Source: Epithemia pelagica
Taxonomy: Eukaryota > Protista > Bacillariophyta
Direction of reading: 5' to 3'
Length of the DNA: 64,000 nucleotides
NCBI GenBank assembly: GCA_946965045.2
Contig: OX337234.1
Location: 2,666,001 to 2,730,000 of the forward strand
This document shows, piece by piece, positions 11,195 through 21,900 of the stretch (within the stretch, counting starts at the first letter, position 1; the number at the start of each line of letters is the position of its first letter). The translations under genes were made by a program, and so were the position numbers. The notes below the pieces were generated by a model. It saw only the letters and a list, made by a program, of their open reading frames with translations, did not search any database and had not been told where the DNA came from.

Positions 11195-12564
11195 TGTCTT
11201 GCGACTCTGTTTGTGTTACAATGAGCATAAAAGGTTCTTTCCGATGTGCAAGCAACAGTTCACTAACAGCTTTTGTCTAGTACAATGGAACGTCGCGCTA
11301 TGTTTACGCATGCAACTTCACATGATGGAAACGGAACATCTGGACAAGGTTTATACTTTAAACGCATCTGGCCGTCAGTGCCTCTCGCTTTCCAACCCTG
11401 ATAGTCGGGTTGCACGGATCCTAAATGTAACTCCTGTCGTGCCCTGAAAGCAGTTCGGCTCTGGTTGCCGGCAGACGGAGCTAAGCGTGATTCCGATACT
11501 CCACTCAGAAAGCAGACTACATGACTGTTCAATTCAATGCGGATGGCAAAGGCACAGCGTGCCTCTCGTAGCTCCCATTTTCAATATCCTTGGGCAAAAC
11601 AAATATGAGGTCCTTCCACGAGCTATACACTTCCGGAGTTGAATCGCCACTGTATTCATAGACTCATTGATTGTTAGCTGAGAGGGGGAACAAGCAACAA
11701 AACGTCAAACATCAGAGTTTTCTCAGCTTCGAAGTAGAATGAGTGCCACCACAGGCAATGTTTGCTTGACTGATCCCATGTTGATTCTTGGATTTCTGAT
11801 TTCACACCGGAAAAATGCAGAGTTCGTTGCGCTGAATGACATTTTATAATACCTCGTTCTCAGGGAGTATAATTGGTGTCCATATACTTTCCTTTGAAGA
11901 TGACCCCGAAAAGTTGAGATTCGAAAAGATAAAAATCAAGAATGCCATGTATATCGAAAGAACAATGACAAAGACAATTCTCCAGTCCAAGCAACAAGTA
12001 ACAAGCGGCTCTCGTCGCATGCGACGTTCTCGAGCATGAAATGACGACGACGATATGGATGGTTGTACCATGATGCTAAGTGCTAGGTAGGTAAAAAGTA
12101 TTGAAATCTTGGACTGTGCAGAAGAACGCTGGTCCGAAATTTGGATTCTTTTGGAGATGCTCTCTTCCTCCGCTGATCGGTTAGCTGGTAGTGTCCTTGT
12201 TACTCTTAAACCCCTGAAAAGTCGCGATTGTCCGAATGTATCATTTTATGGATCTGTTCTCATCATGGTTACACTTACACGACGAGATTTTACCCCAATG
12301 ACGCGTCCGCTCGTCGCCCGCTCGGATTCCGGGCGCGGGTCTTTTGCTCTCACAGAAAAATCCCGTTTCGGCATCGAGGACCATGGCAATAACAAGGTAC
12401 GGAAAATAACTTGAAGCATGAAAATGAGGCCATAACTAAGGTTCATAGGTACAACATTGTAATTAGCGACGGTGAACATGCTAACTATTCAGGTTTCATT
12501 TCGATTGACAAGAAAATCATGACAAAGTTGTCGAAATCAGTTGGCATGTCTCGTCTAGCCTTCT

Positions 12565-14727
12565 CTACAATGAGCTCGTTGCATTCATCTCCAAAGGTGG
12601 GCTTGTCTCATTGATGTTGGGAGCATAGAAAAACTCCAACGGATTGTAGAAATCTTCAATCATGAGCTTTCCAAAATAGTTCTCGACACTTTCCGCTCCA
12701 TCATGAAATGTATCCACGTTTTCCGATATGATACGGATACGCAATGGCAACTTGTCAACCACAAACTCGACCGAGTCAGAATGATTCATCGGAGTGGAAA
12801 TGGTAATGTTTTGAGGCCACGTCAAAAATGTGACGCGAGATCTAGCATCTTGCACACGAACATGCCCTGGATTTACGTGTTGGTAGACTGATGAATGCGC
12901 ATCCAGTTTGGTGTCCAGACGAAGCAACATCTTGTTCGACCACGCCCGTGGCGACAAGGACGTCAAGGCAATATCCATGTCAATGACCCCGTCTACCTGG
13001 TGTACCGTTCGAACGACTTGGTCATTACCAAGGGTAACAGCTTCTCTGACATTGTCACCTGCTAGGCAGTTGTTATAGGACGTGGAGACACTGTTGATGG
13101 GTTGTACGTTTACTGGGTCAAGCGAAGCGGCGTCACTCCAGGTTTCGACCACAGGATGGTGCAGCAAGCCCGTTCGGCCATCAATACAGGTCTTTCGAGG
13201 AATATGCAAGTCTTGAACACTTTGTTCTGTATGGTTCCATCCTAATCCGTACATCCGAGCATAAGCCCAGCGACAGGTTCGACATGTACCATGAGTTTTG
13301 GTCATTTTCATTTTGGCGTCAAAGTCTGGTTGCGGTAGTCGACGCCATTCGTGGTACGAACTGTACAAGGTTTTGTTGTTTGCCACTTTTACCAGGTATT
13401 GAAACAGGGCCTCCGTGTTGGGAAAGTCATTGACGAGAATGAGGGAGTTTTTGGGCGCATGTTCTCGTACATTTGGCGCTCCAAAGTAAACGGGAACCGT
13501 ACCCGCTTCTAAAGGTCCCCACAATTTTTCCGTAATGTAATCTGGAACGCATTGATTTTCAAATGCGAAGTAAAACAAGTACTTGTTCATGATACTTACC
13601 TTGTTTCGAGGTGTTGCCCCAGGTGGCAGGTTCGCGTTGTGCTCACATTTGGAGACAGACTCCACTTTGAAGGGAATGTCATTAGAAGTTGCATTTCCCA
13701 CCTGTATGGCTGCACTGTTTTGTGTACTGTTTTGTGACGGTGAAGCAAGTCGGGACAAGTCTTTAATGAGCTTTTCCCGGTGATTTCGACTATGACAATT
13801 CCGGGCTAGGAAGACTCCACCACGAATGGCTTGGTCAAAGTCCACTGGTTCTGCGTCCCAGATCTTGTATTCCACGTCGTTGTAGTACGGAAGAGGGATA
13901 TCTGATTGGTAGGAGCTTGTTGAATAGAAATGATCGTTTTTCCATTCCATTGCGCGGATTTCTAGCTCCCTATAGTTATGCGGTCCTTCCATCGATGCTG
14001 TGATTCGCCAATTAGTTCCCTCGATATTCCTCTGATTTTTTAGAGACATTACTCCCGATTCTTGACACGGTATATCACAATCTGGAAATGGCTGGGGGCT
14101 TCCTCTGGCATTGATGAAGCGAGCATGCACTGGAGGCATATCAGTTCCGTGAATGTCAGGGATAGTGGGAAACAAATGTCCTCGATCGAAGCACCCATCC
14201 GCGATAGCAATGATATTGTTGGGTGATATGGTACTTCCACAAAGATGGCGTTCCTTCTCGTATGGATTGTATACAAAGACAGTAGGTGATAAGCTAGAAT
14301 CACCGCATGCTGCATGATAATCAATTGAAAAACCATTTGTTGTTTCTGATGTCGTTCGCCGACACGAAGTCATGGTGGTTCCATTCAAATGTTCTTTCCC
14401 AAGAGTTTGTTCCATTGTCAGAAGTTTTCGAATATAGGCCCGATCCAACACCGCAAGTCCGATTGGATCTTCTCTCACATGTGGTATGATGATTGAATAG
14501 ATTTTGTCGTTTCCGGTGGGAAAAAGTGTGGTCCGTTGCTTGTCTGGGGTTGCGATGTTTGCTGCAATATGGTCAGAATGTTGGACAGTATCAAATGTGG
14601 ACATTAAGGTCGTCATGTAAACCAAAACAAGCACTGGAAAGACGGCTCTCCCATGGAAGAAGCCTGATATCAGCGACTTCCGTCGACTTTGGCGTTTTCG
14701 TGGGAATGGAATTCTCGACGATCCCAT
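12565..14727 (-). CDS. Alpha-1,3-fucosyltransferase (GT10) with a C-terminal extension
   Basis: Signal anchor, ARNC motif and the GT10 signature KYLFYFAFENQCVPDYITEKLWGPLEAGTVPVYFGAPN. Confidence 0.88.
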   Translation of the reverse strand: MGSSRIPFPRKRQSRRKSLISGFFHGRAVFPVLVLVYMTTLMSTFDTVQHSDHIAANIATPDKQRTTLFPTGNDKIYSIIIPHVREDPIGLAVLDRAYIRKLLTMEQTLGKEHLNGTTMTSCRRTTSETTNGFSIDYHAACGDSSLSPTVFVYNPYEKERHLCGSTISPNNIIAIADGCFDRGHLFPTIPDIHGTDMPPVHARFINARGSPQPFPDCDIPCQESGVMSLKNQRNIEGTNWRITASMEGPHNYRELEIRAMEWKNDHFYSTSSYQSDIPLPYYNDVEYKIWDAEPVDFDQAIRGGVFLARNCHSRNHREKLIKDLSRLASPSQNSTQNSAAIQVGNATSNDIPFKVESVSKCEHNANLPPGATPRNKVSIMNKYLFYFAFENQCVPDYITEKLWGPLEAGTVPVYFGAPNVREHAPKNSLILVNDFPNTEALFQYLVKVANNKTLYSSYHEWRRLPQPDFDAKMKMTKTHGTCRTCRWAYARMYGLGWNHTEQSVQDLHIPRKTCIDGRTGLLHHPVVETWSDAASLDPVNVQPINSVSTSYNNCLAGDNVREAVTLGNDQVVRTVHQVDGVIDMDIALTSLSPRAWSNKMLLRLDTKLDAHSSVYQHVNPGHVRVQDARSRVTFLTWPQNITISTPMNHSDSVEFVVDKLPLRIRIISENVDTFHDGAESVENYFGKLMIEDFYNPLEFFYAPNINETSPPLEMNATSSL

Positions 14728-14884
14728 CCTTATCCTTGCCAGACAAACTTATGGTGGAGACTCAGTATCAGCTCGTTGGATCGACCTTGCGGCACATTCA
14801 GTGCTGTTTGACTTGACGACGAAGAAACCCGAACCTGTTGTCTTCCCAGCAACTTCCGGTAATGGACTCAAAACGTAGTATTAA

Positions 14885-15660
14885 TACTTCCCGGTGTCGA
14901 GTCCTTTCAAGGAGGGACCGCCCGGCGCGGAGGGTAGAATGACGAGGAGGGCAATGGTCGAGGAGGGCGCACGCCCGACAAGACAATTGCCCGTCGAGTC
15001 ATTCTCCCGACAAGCCGGGCGCGCCCGACGCGAGAGGACGGCCAGACACAGGGAAGTAGTAAACTTACTCCCTATCAAGCTGTGTAGGTAGTGAGAAATT
15101 CCTAGAAGCCATGTCACAAAGTGTCACACAAGTGTCTCACAAGTGTCACACACGAAAGGGAAACCGTGCGACTCGCACGAAACTACTTCCCGGTCGTACA
15201 AAAAATTCTTACTGTAGTATAAAAATGTGAGACGAACTACCTACACAGTCTGGTATGGAGTTAGTAAGACTACTTCACGGTGATTCAATCCTTTAGAGGA
15301 GGGTCGCCCGGCGCGGAGGGTAGAATGACGAGGAGGGCTTATGTTCGAGGAGGGCGCATGCCCGACAAGACATATGCCCGTCGAGTCATTCTCCCGACAA
15401 GCCGGGCGCCCGACGAGGAAGGAATGAGAAATCACAGGGGAGTAATCTGCTTACTTTATATCTAGATATGTAGGTAGTGACTACGGCCCGGTTTTATTAT
15501 GAGATGGGATGTCGCAGGGACATAATGTTCCTTGCGCGGCTCACCCATGATGTCGCGCGATTCGCACGATTACTACTTCCCGGTCGTACAAAAAAATTCT
15601 ACTGTAAAATAAAAATGTGAGACGAACTACCTGCATAGCTGGGTATATAGTTAGGTAATC
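14885..15660 (+). repeat. Head-to-tail dimer of a 386/390-bp unit with a conserved rod-like secondary structure
   Basis: Units 14885-15270 and 15271-15660. Conserved GC-rich hairpin core and conserved block ACTACTTCCCGGTCGTAC...GAGACGAACTACC; compensatory changes between the copies. Confidence 0.9.
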
Positions 15661-15795
15661 CTTCTACTACTCAGAGTATCGTCACGATATAACATTCTTC
15701 ATTATCACACAGTACTACCTCTGATATGATCATACTAGGTACAGATTATTTCAATATGAGGAAAACATCGAGACTCTCGATGAATCGAGAGTCAC

Positions 15796-16091
15796 GGATG
15801 TCGGAGGATTTGGTAGATGTCGGATGATGTCGGATGACGTCGGATGATGTCGGAGGAGGATGTCGGATGTTTTTATCGCCAAAAGAATATGTACTCTCCA
15901 GCAGTTGGAATTCTTCAAGATAAATCACAAGGTTACGAGTCACTGATTGACGGTAGGCCCATCAACTGAAGGAGTAACGCTGGATAATGAGGCAAACCAT
16001 GTTTGCGCGCGAGCCCGAAACGACATCAAACGACATCAAACAACATCAAACGACATACCTTTCGACATCGAACGACATACCTTTCGACATT
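15796..16091. repeat. Two oppositely oriented arrays of a CGACATC/GATGTCG motif
   Basis: GATGTCG-type units at 15796-15870 and CGACAT(C/A) units at 16021-16091, with a ~150-bp spacer. Confidence 0.75.
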
Positions 16092-16624
16092 CCCGTTTGT
16101 TCCATACAAGAAGAGAATGGTAAGGCTCTGTATTCGACTGAGTTCAGAATGAACGTGTCGGGTAAGCCGGCAGGCTAAGGGGGTCGCATCGTACCGCCCC
16201 CGGTCAAGAAGGGACCGACGGACGAACGAGGAACGGACATTGCACCCAAAGAAGATCCCATAAGATTTGCAAGGCTACGTCGTCGTTTGTTGGGGCAGTC
16301 AAAATGACTATACCCAACAAACATACTTTGACGATTCATAAATCGTCGGAAAGAAGGGTTGAACGGATCACCAAGGATCTGATCACCCATTGGACCCGTG
16401 ATTCTCTTCTTTCGCTTCGCTTTTTCGCCTTGTCGACCGTGCCATCCACCTCATTTGTTTTCACCATGACGTTTGCGTGGGGAGGAACTCCGGATTCTTC
16501 GCCTTTCTGTGGGGTCGTCAGGTGAGTCTGTTTCTGGTGGGAGTGTGACCGGGGGGGGGGGGGGAGCCTGCGTTCGGGTTCTCTCTACGGTGTCGTTCGT
16601 ATTGAACAGTCACAGTTCGATACT

Positions 16625-18841
16625 GTGTGTCGTGGATTCGTTGGCGCAGGGCAGCGCATGTGTGTTCGTTCGGATTGTCAAGTGGCTTTGCATTCCCAAA
16701 AGAAGAAGACGTGGAGTTCGCTTGTGGGGGATGATACCACCGCCATCTTCATTCGTGGTTCAAGTGGGACAACTTCTGCTGAAGCGCTGGGTACAGTCTT
16801 TTGTACACCTGTGCTACCGGGACAGTGTATGCGAGGCGTGGACTGGAATGAAATGGAACTGAGTCCTCGTACATTGGAGAGTTGGCAAGCCTCGTTTACA
16901 GCCCTTCGGAAGGCTTCCTCCGAGTCGGGTGAAGGCGTGGATCCCACAACTGCGGCTCAGTTCATGGAGACCACCAAGTCCGTAGTAGATTTCACCATGA
17001 CTCCGCGCCCGAAGAAACGATCAGTGGAAGTGGAAACGGTTATGGACGATGACGATGAAGACGGTTTGGTTACACCCAAGCTCAAACGCCGCGAAATTCC
17101 CTGGAAGGACGTTCCTACTGATATCAGTACCTCAACGCCCACCTTAGCGGTAAGGATCCTTCAAGGAGGAGCGTGGAGCAACCTGGTTGAGAATGTCACC
17201 ACACTTCGTGACGATCTTGCTCGCGAAGTGGCGGATTGGCGCGTGTCTGAAGAGCAACAAGAAGAGCAGGTTGACAAACTGGATCTCAAGCTATCGGTCC
17301 TTCATGAATTGCTGGGAAAGCGACCGTCTCACTTTGGGACGCGATTGGCTTTTCAAGTTCTGGATAGTTGCGTATCGAACATGGCGACGGTCGAACAGTT
17401 GGTCATTGAACGTTTGAATCAACAAAAGACTCCAAGCTCAACTCGAGACGATTCGTTTCTTGAAAGCAAGCTTTCAGCATTGGACACTCGAGTTGGATTG
17501 TTGACTGGCCAATTCAAGGTGCTCGTCAAGAAGGAACTTGAAGCTTTCTTGGCAGACACTTCAACTGATTTTCGTTTGCAGTTTGTTGATCCGACCTTGT
17601 CGTTACTCTCGCGGTCGTCGCGCTCTCCCACGGATCCCGGGGGAAAATGGGCTGATGCCCTACAACATTTGCAACAGCGGTTGGCGAGTCTCGAACAAGC
17701 GCATGCAACGAACGTATCAGGTTCGGGAGGGTCAGGAGGCATGAGTTCGGGCGGTGGTTCTTTCAATTGGTCAACTGGAGGGCTTGCTTCAGGAATAGGA
17801 TCACAGACAGGATTGGGAGTCCGTTTTGGTTCGTCACCCTCTCAGACAAATGGTGGAAAGGATGTTGGAGGAGAAGTAGGTGTTGATGTGGCGAAGCTGC
17901 AGGAAGATGTGAAAAACTTGCAGACGATGTTGAAGGAGTTGAAAGAGCAAGTGGATACCGATTCAATCCCGATCGGATCGATTATCTTTACTTCTCGTGC
18001 CTTTTGCGTCACTTGGATGGAGTTGCACCATGCCGCATCGGACCCTCACGTTTTTGTGGATGCCATCTCGTTGCTCTCTTTGGCGACATCGGATGCTAGC
18101 CCAGACGAAGAAAGGGCAGCCAACCAACGAGCAACCACGGCCAAGGTTAGGGATAAAACACCCTATCACACGGCCTATATAGCGTCGTTCAATCTCGAAG
18201 TACCACCGTTGTTGGGGAAAGGGTCTGATCAAGCAACAACGACGAAGACCCGTGCTCTCGGAGCTGTTCCACGTTTTGCGGACTTTCACCCTCCGTCGGG
18301 GCGTGAAGGCATCCACCAGCGCATTTTGGATTATGTAAAGGACGGTGTGCATACAATAGAGCAAGCAGTGGGTGAGCTTTTTGCATTTGGGACGGAACCG
18401 TCGAGTGTTGCCAAGGAACTGCTCTTGTGGAGTAAAACCTTTTGGGATGAACTCACTCATTGGATGGTCAGGTACCACGCTCAGGTACAGGCGGAAAGTG
18501 AAGCAAGCGAACAGGAAGTGTGGATTTTGATATCCCACTGCGTTCGAGCTGTGTTCAAGAGCCTCAGGGAAGCTCGTGCATCTGGACAAGCTTCCAACAC
18601 TCCAGGTGGGATGCTCTGGGGTACTCTCAAAGCACACCGAGTAATGCAAGAGTACCGTGCTGCAGATTTTAGCGGCCATCCGAGGATTGCGCTCATTCTC
18701 CATGAGCATTTGATTAGATTCACAACACCGCGTTCCAAATTCGACACACTTCAGATGAGTTTGAATGATAGGCTGGACAAAATGCAACGGGCGGTAAATC
18801 AAGCAGTTTCGTCCGCGAACAAATCGACAAAGAAGACGTGA
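16625..18841 (+). CDS. Gag-like ORF1 of the YR retrotransposon; probably extends upstream across the G14 run at 16551-16564
   Basis: 738-aa ORF with an N-terminal Cys/His motif (CRGFVG..MCVRSDC...H) and coiled-coil segments, located 5' of the RT. Confidence 0.7.
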   Translation: MCRGFVGAGQRMCVRSDCQVALHSQKKKTWSSLVGDDTTAIFIRGSSGTTSAEALGTVFCTPVLPGQCMRGVDWNEMELSPRTLESWQASFTALRKASSESGEGVDPTTAAQFMETTKSVVDFTMTPRPKKRSVEVETVMDDDDEDGLVTPKLKRREIPWKDVPTDISTSTPTLAVRILQGGAWSNLVENVTTLRDDLAREVADWRVSEEQQEEQVDKLDLKLSVLHELLGKRPSHFGTRLAFQVLDSCVSNMATVEQLVIERLNQQKTPSSTRDDSFLESKLSALDTRVGLLTGQFKVLVKKELEAFLADTSTDFRLQFVDPTLSLLSRSSRSPTDPGGKWADALQHLQQRLASLEQAHATNVSGSGGSGGMSSGGGSFNWSTGGLASGIGSQTGLGVRFGSSPSQTNGGKDVGGEVGVDVAKLQEDVKNLQTMLKELKEQVDTDSIPIGSIIFTSRAFCVTWMELHHAASDPHVFVDAISLLSLATSDASPDEERAANQRATTAKVRDKTPYHTAYIASFNLEVPPLLGKGSDQATTTKTRALGAVPRFADFHPPSGREGIHQRILDYVKDGVHTIEQAVGELFAFGTEPSSVAKELLLWSKTFWDELTHWMVRYHAQVQAESEASEQEVWILISHCVRAVFKSLREARASGQASNTPGGMLWGTLKAHRVMQEYRAADFSGHPRIALILHEHLIRFTTPRSKFDTLQMSLNDRLDKMQRAVNQAVSSANKSTKKT

Positions 18842-18907
18842 GAGCTTCAAGAAAATGACCGCAACAGTCGTAAAACTACGAAACGAAAAACAACATCAAG
18901 CGAAGAA

Positions 18908-21900
18908 TTGGAGACTCAAGATACCAAGATGAAAAAATTAGCGAGCCAAGACATTAAGGATTACTTTAGGATACATGCAGCCACAGAGACAAATGACGGA
19001 GTTGCCAAACGCATGGAGTCCAAGATATCCGTAGGAAAAGGAAAATGGCGAGTTGGGTTGGTAAGCACAATCACCCCCTTTTGGTTTTGGGTGGTAGCTT
19101 CGCTAGGAGAAGTTGTCTGGATAGATGTTTTGGATAAGGAATTGTTGAGTGAGGAAACGGGAGCGATGGATTGGAGAAGTAAAGCATTGGACCTGCAGCC
19201 AAGGCAAACAAAGAATCGCGGAATTAAGCGACGCAGAGTTTCTTACTGGACGGCAGCAGATTGGTCCACAAGGGAGACTGTGGATATCATATTCTTTGAG
19301 AGGAGCATAGTCCCAGGCCCGGATCATGATGTATGGAGACAGTCGGAATTGAAGCTGGTATTTTGGATAGGAGGAAAGAAGAAGGGTGGCCCTCCATTGA
19401 CTGAAGCGAGTCAATGGAAACAAGGCATCATGAAATTGGATCACACGGACCTCGGTGGGGTTACAAACCTCGAATCCTGGATTCATGTTTCAGAGCGAGT
19501 GGATTCAGATGAGAGGCGGTTCGTGGATTGTTGGGCAGACCATTTGGAACAGGGTCTGCAGCACACGACGTTCCGAGGAATCGTGGATCCGACAATACAG
19601 GGGAAGGAGTGTCCTCTGAGTCTGTTTCATGACGATAGCTCTGAGAGGAATGTGTGGAAGAGAGGAGTGTCAATTTTGGAAAGGAAGATGGTTTGGAAGA
19701 AGGACGTTGCAAGGACACACATTCTTCCAAGTGTGTTCGCAACAAGATCAGGCTTCGTGGAGCGCAAGATTTCTTCAAGGGAGCTCGCAGTGGCCTTGGA
19801 TTTTCCAGCTGCGTTGCATAAAAAGGGGTCAGAGCAAGAACTCGATCGTTGGACTGTGGACATCGGCGTTCCTTTCAAGAGCCGGGTCCAAGTTGCGCGA
19901 TCAATTCTGGGATGGATGAATGATAGAAGGGAAGCGAATGATCAGAAAGAAAGATCAGACGAAATGAGTGAGGAATCGTTGTCGGATATGGGACAGGGGC
20001 CGAGATCACAAACGCGAATGACGGAGAACTGCGAATTGTTCACATCTCTTGATAGCGAAGGTGGAGGCTCTTTAAACATGGAAGAACGAAGGGAGGACGG
20101 GAATTTGAAGGCGACAAAAGCGGATGATGCCGAAATCCCGACTTACTTGTGGGACGACAGAATCTGCTCGCACTTTGATATGACAAGCGTGAGCGATCGA
20201 GGACGAGGCATCCAGGCTCTGTCGGTAATACGGCGTGTGGCGTTGAAGTATTGGAAACGGTTGGTGTGTAGTGACTTTTGGGGATGGTGGAAAAGTCAAC
20301 GTTTTAGAGACGACAATGATGAGAAAGAAAGGACGATACGAGCAGGATTAAGTGCACTCACGCATGCTTCCCAAGCCTCATGGTGGGACTGGGATCATGG
20401 ATCTTCTCCATTCTTTTGGAGAATGCCCAAGCTTGACTGGCTCGTGGAGATGCGCGATGGAGTGGAACCGATGTGGATCGGGGATCCGCCCGCATACCGA
20501 CGAAGACAGCAAGCGAATCCGGATCCAGAGTCTCGCGCTCTAGAAAAGAAGAAACTGAAGAAAGTTAGACATCGAGGGTACATTGTGAAAACGGCGGACA
20601 TCAAGTCGCTTACCAGTTTCTTTTCGGTGCCGAAAGGCAACACAGATATACGGATGGTCTATGATGGGACCAAGAGCGGTTTAAACGACGCGCTTTACGC
20701 TCCGTGGTTTGGTCTCGGCAACGTCACGTCCATGCTGAGAACTGTTGAAGCAAAGACATGGTTGGCTGACAACGACTTTGGGGAGATGTTTTTAAACTTC
20801 TGGATCCACCCGGATCTCAGAAAGTATACTGGCATCGACATCACCGAACTCTTTCCCGAGGAATTGAAAGAGAAGTATGGAGCGACTCGGCTTTGGGAGG
20901 CGTGGTGTCGATGTGCCATGGGTTTGACCACGTCGCCCTATCAAACCACGCAGTGTGCCCAAAGAGTCAAACGGGTCATTTTTGGAGACAAATCGGATCC
21001 GAACAATATCTTTGGTTGGACTGACGTGCGTATCAATCTGCCAGGGGATGATCATTATGATCCATCGCTTCTGTGGATAAGTAAAGTGAGAGCCAATGGA
21101 GATATCGCGGCCGACGTCCATCCATATGTTGACGACTTACGCGAAACGGCTCCAACGGAAGAAGAAGCGTGGTTAGCTGCAAGCAAGATGGCTAAGGGAG
21201 CATCTTACTTCGGACTTCAGGATGTAGCCAGGAAGCGACGCTCCCCAAGTAAATCACCAGGGGCATGGGCCGGTGCAGTCATCGAGGCAGCCAACGATGG
21301 AAAGGTGTACAAAACAGTGGCGCAGGAAAGATGGGACAAGACTCGGAAATTTGTCCACACTCTCAAAGATTGGGCAGACGGCGGTGGATTGGTGGATCGT
21401 AAGGAGTTGGAGCGTATCAGAGGTTTTCTCGTATACGTTTCACTCACTTTTGATATTATGGTTCCCTATTTGAAAGGGATCCATTTGACCCTTGAATCAT
21501 GGAGAGACGACAGGGACGAAGAAGGTTGGAAGTTAAATGAAAAGGATCGTAGAGCTGTAATCCGGAAACGGGAAAGGGAGCTCCATGCTCCACCCAAGGT
21601 GAAGCAGGCTCCACGATTCAAGGACGACGTGAAGGCATTGGTTAGACTGACGGATCAAGAACATCCTCCAAAGATCTTGGCACGACCGACGTCTGGAGCA
21701 AAAGTAGCAATGATCTTTGCCGACGCGTCTGGTGAAGGGTTTGGGTCTTCACTGTGGATTTATGGAGGATCTACAGTAGACACTGAGCACGGTCTATGGA
21801 CACGAGAGTATGGGTCCCGCTCGTCAAATTTCAGGGAGTTGTACAATCTTGTTCTGAGACTAGAGAGACTGGTTCAAGACGGAAAATTGCCCGAAGGAAC

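Noticed and set aside
14885-15660. Self-cleaving ribozyme (hammerhead, HDV, hairpin) in the rod-like unit
   Set aside because: No CUGANGA/GAAA core or other recognisable catalytic core on either strand by eye. An Infernal search would be needed to exclude divergent types.
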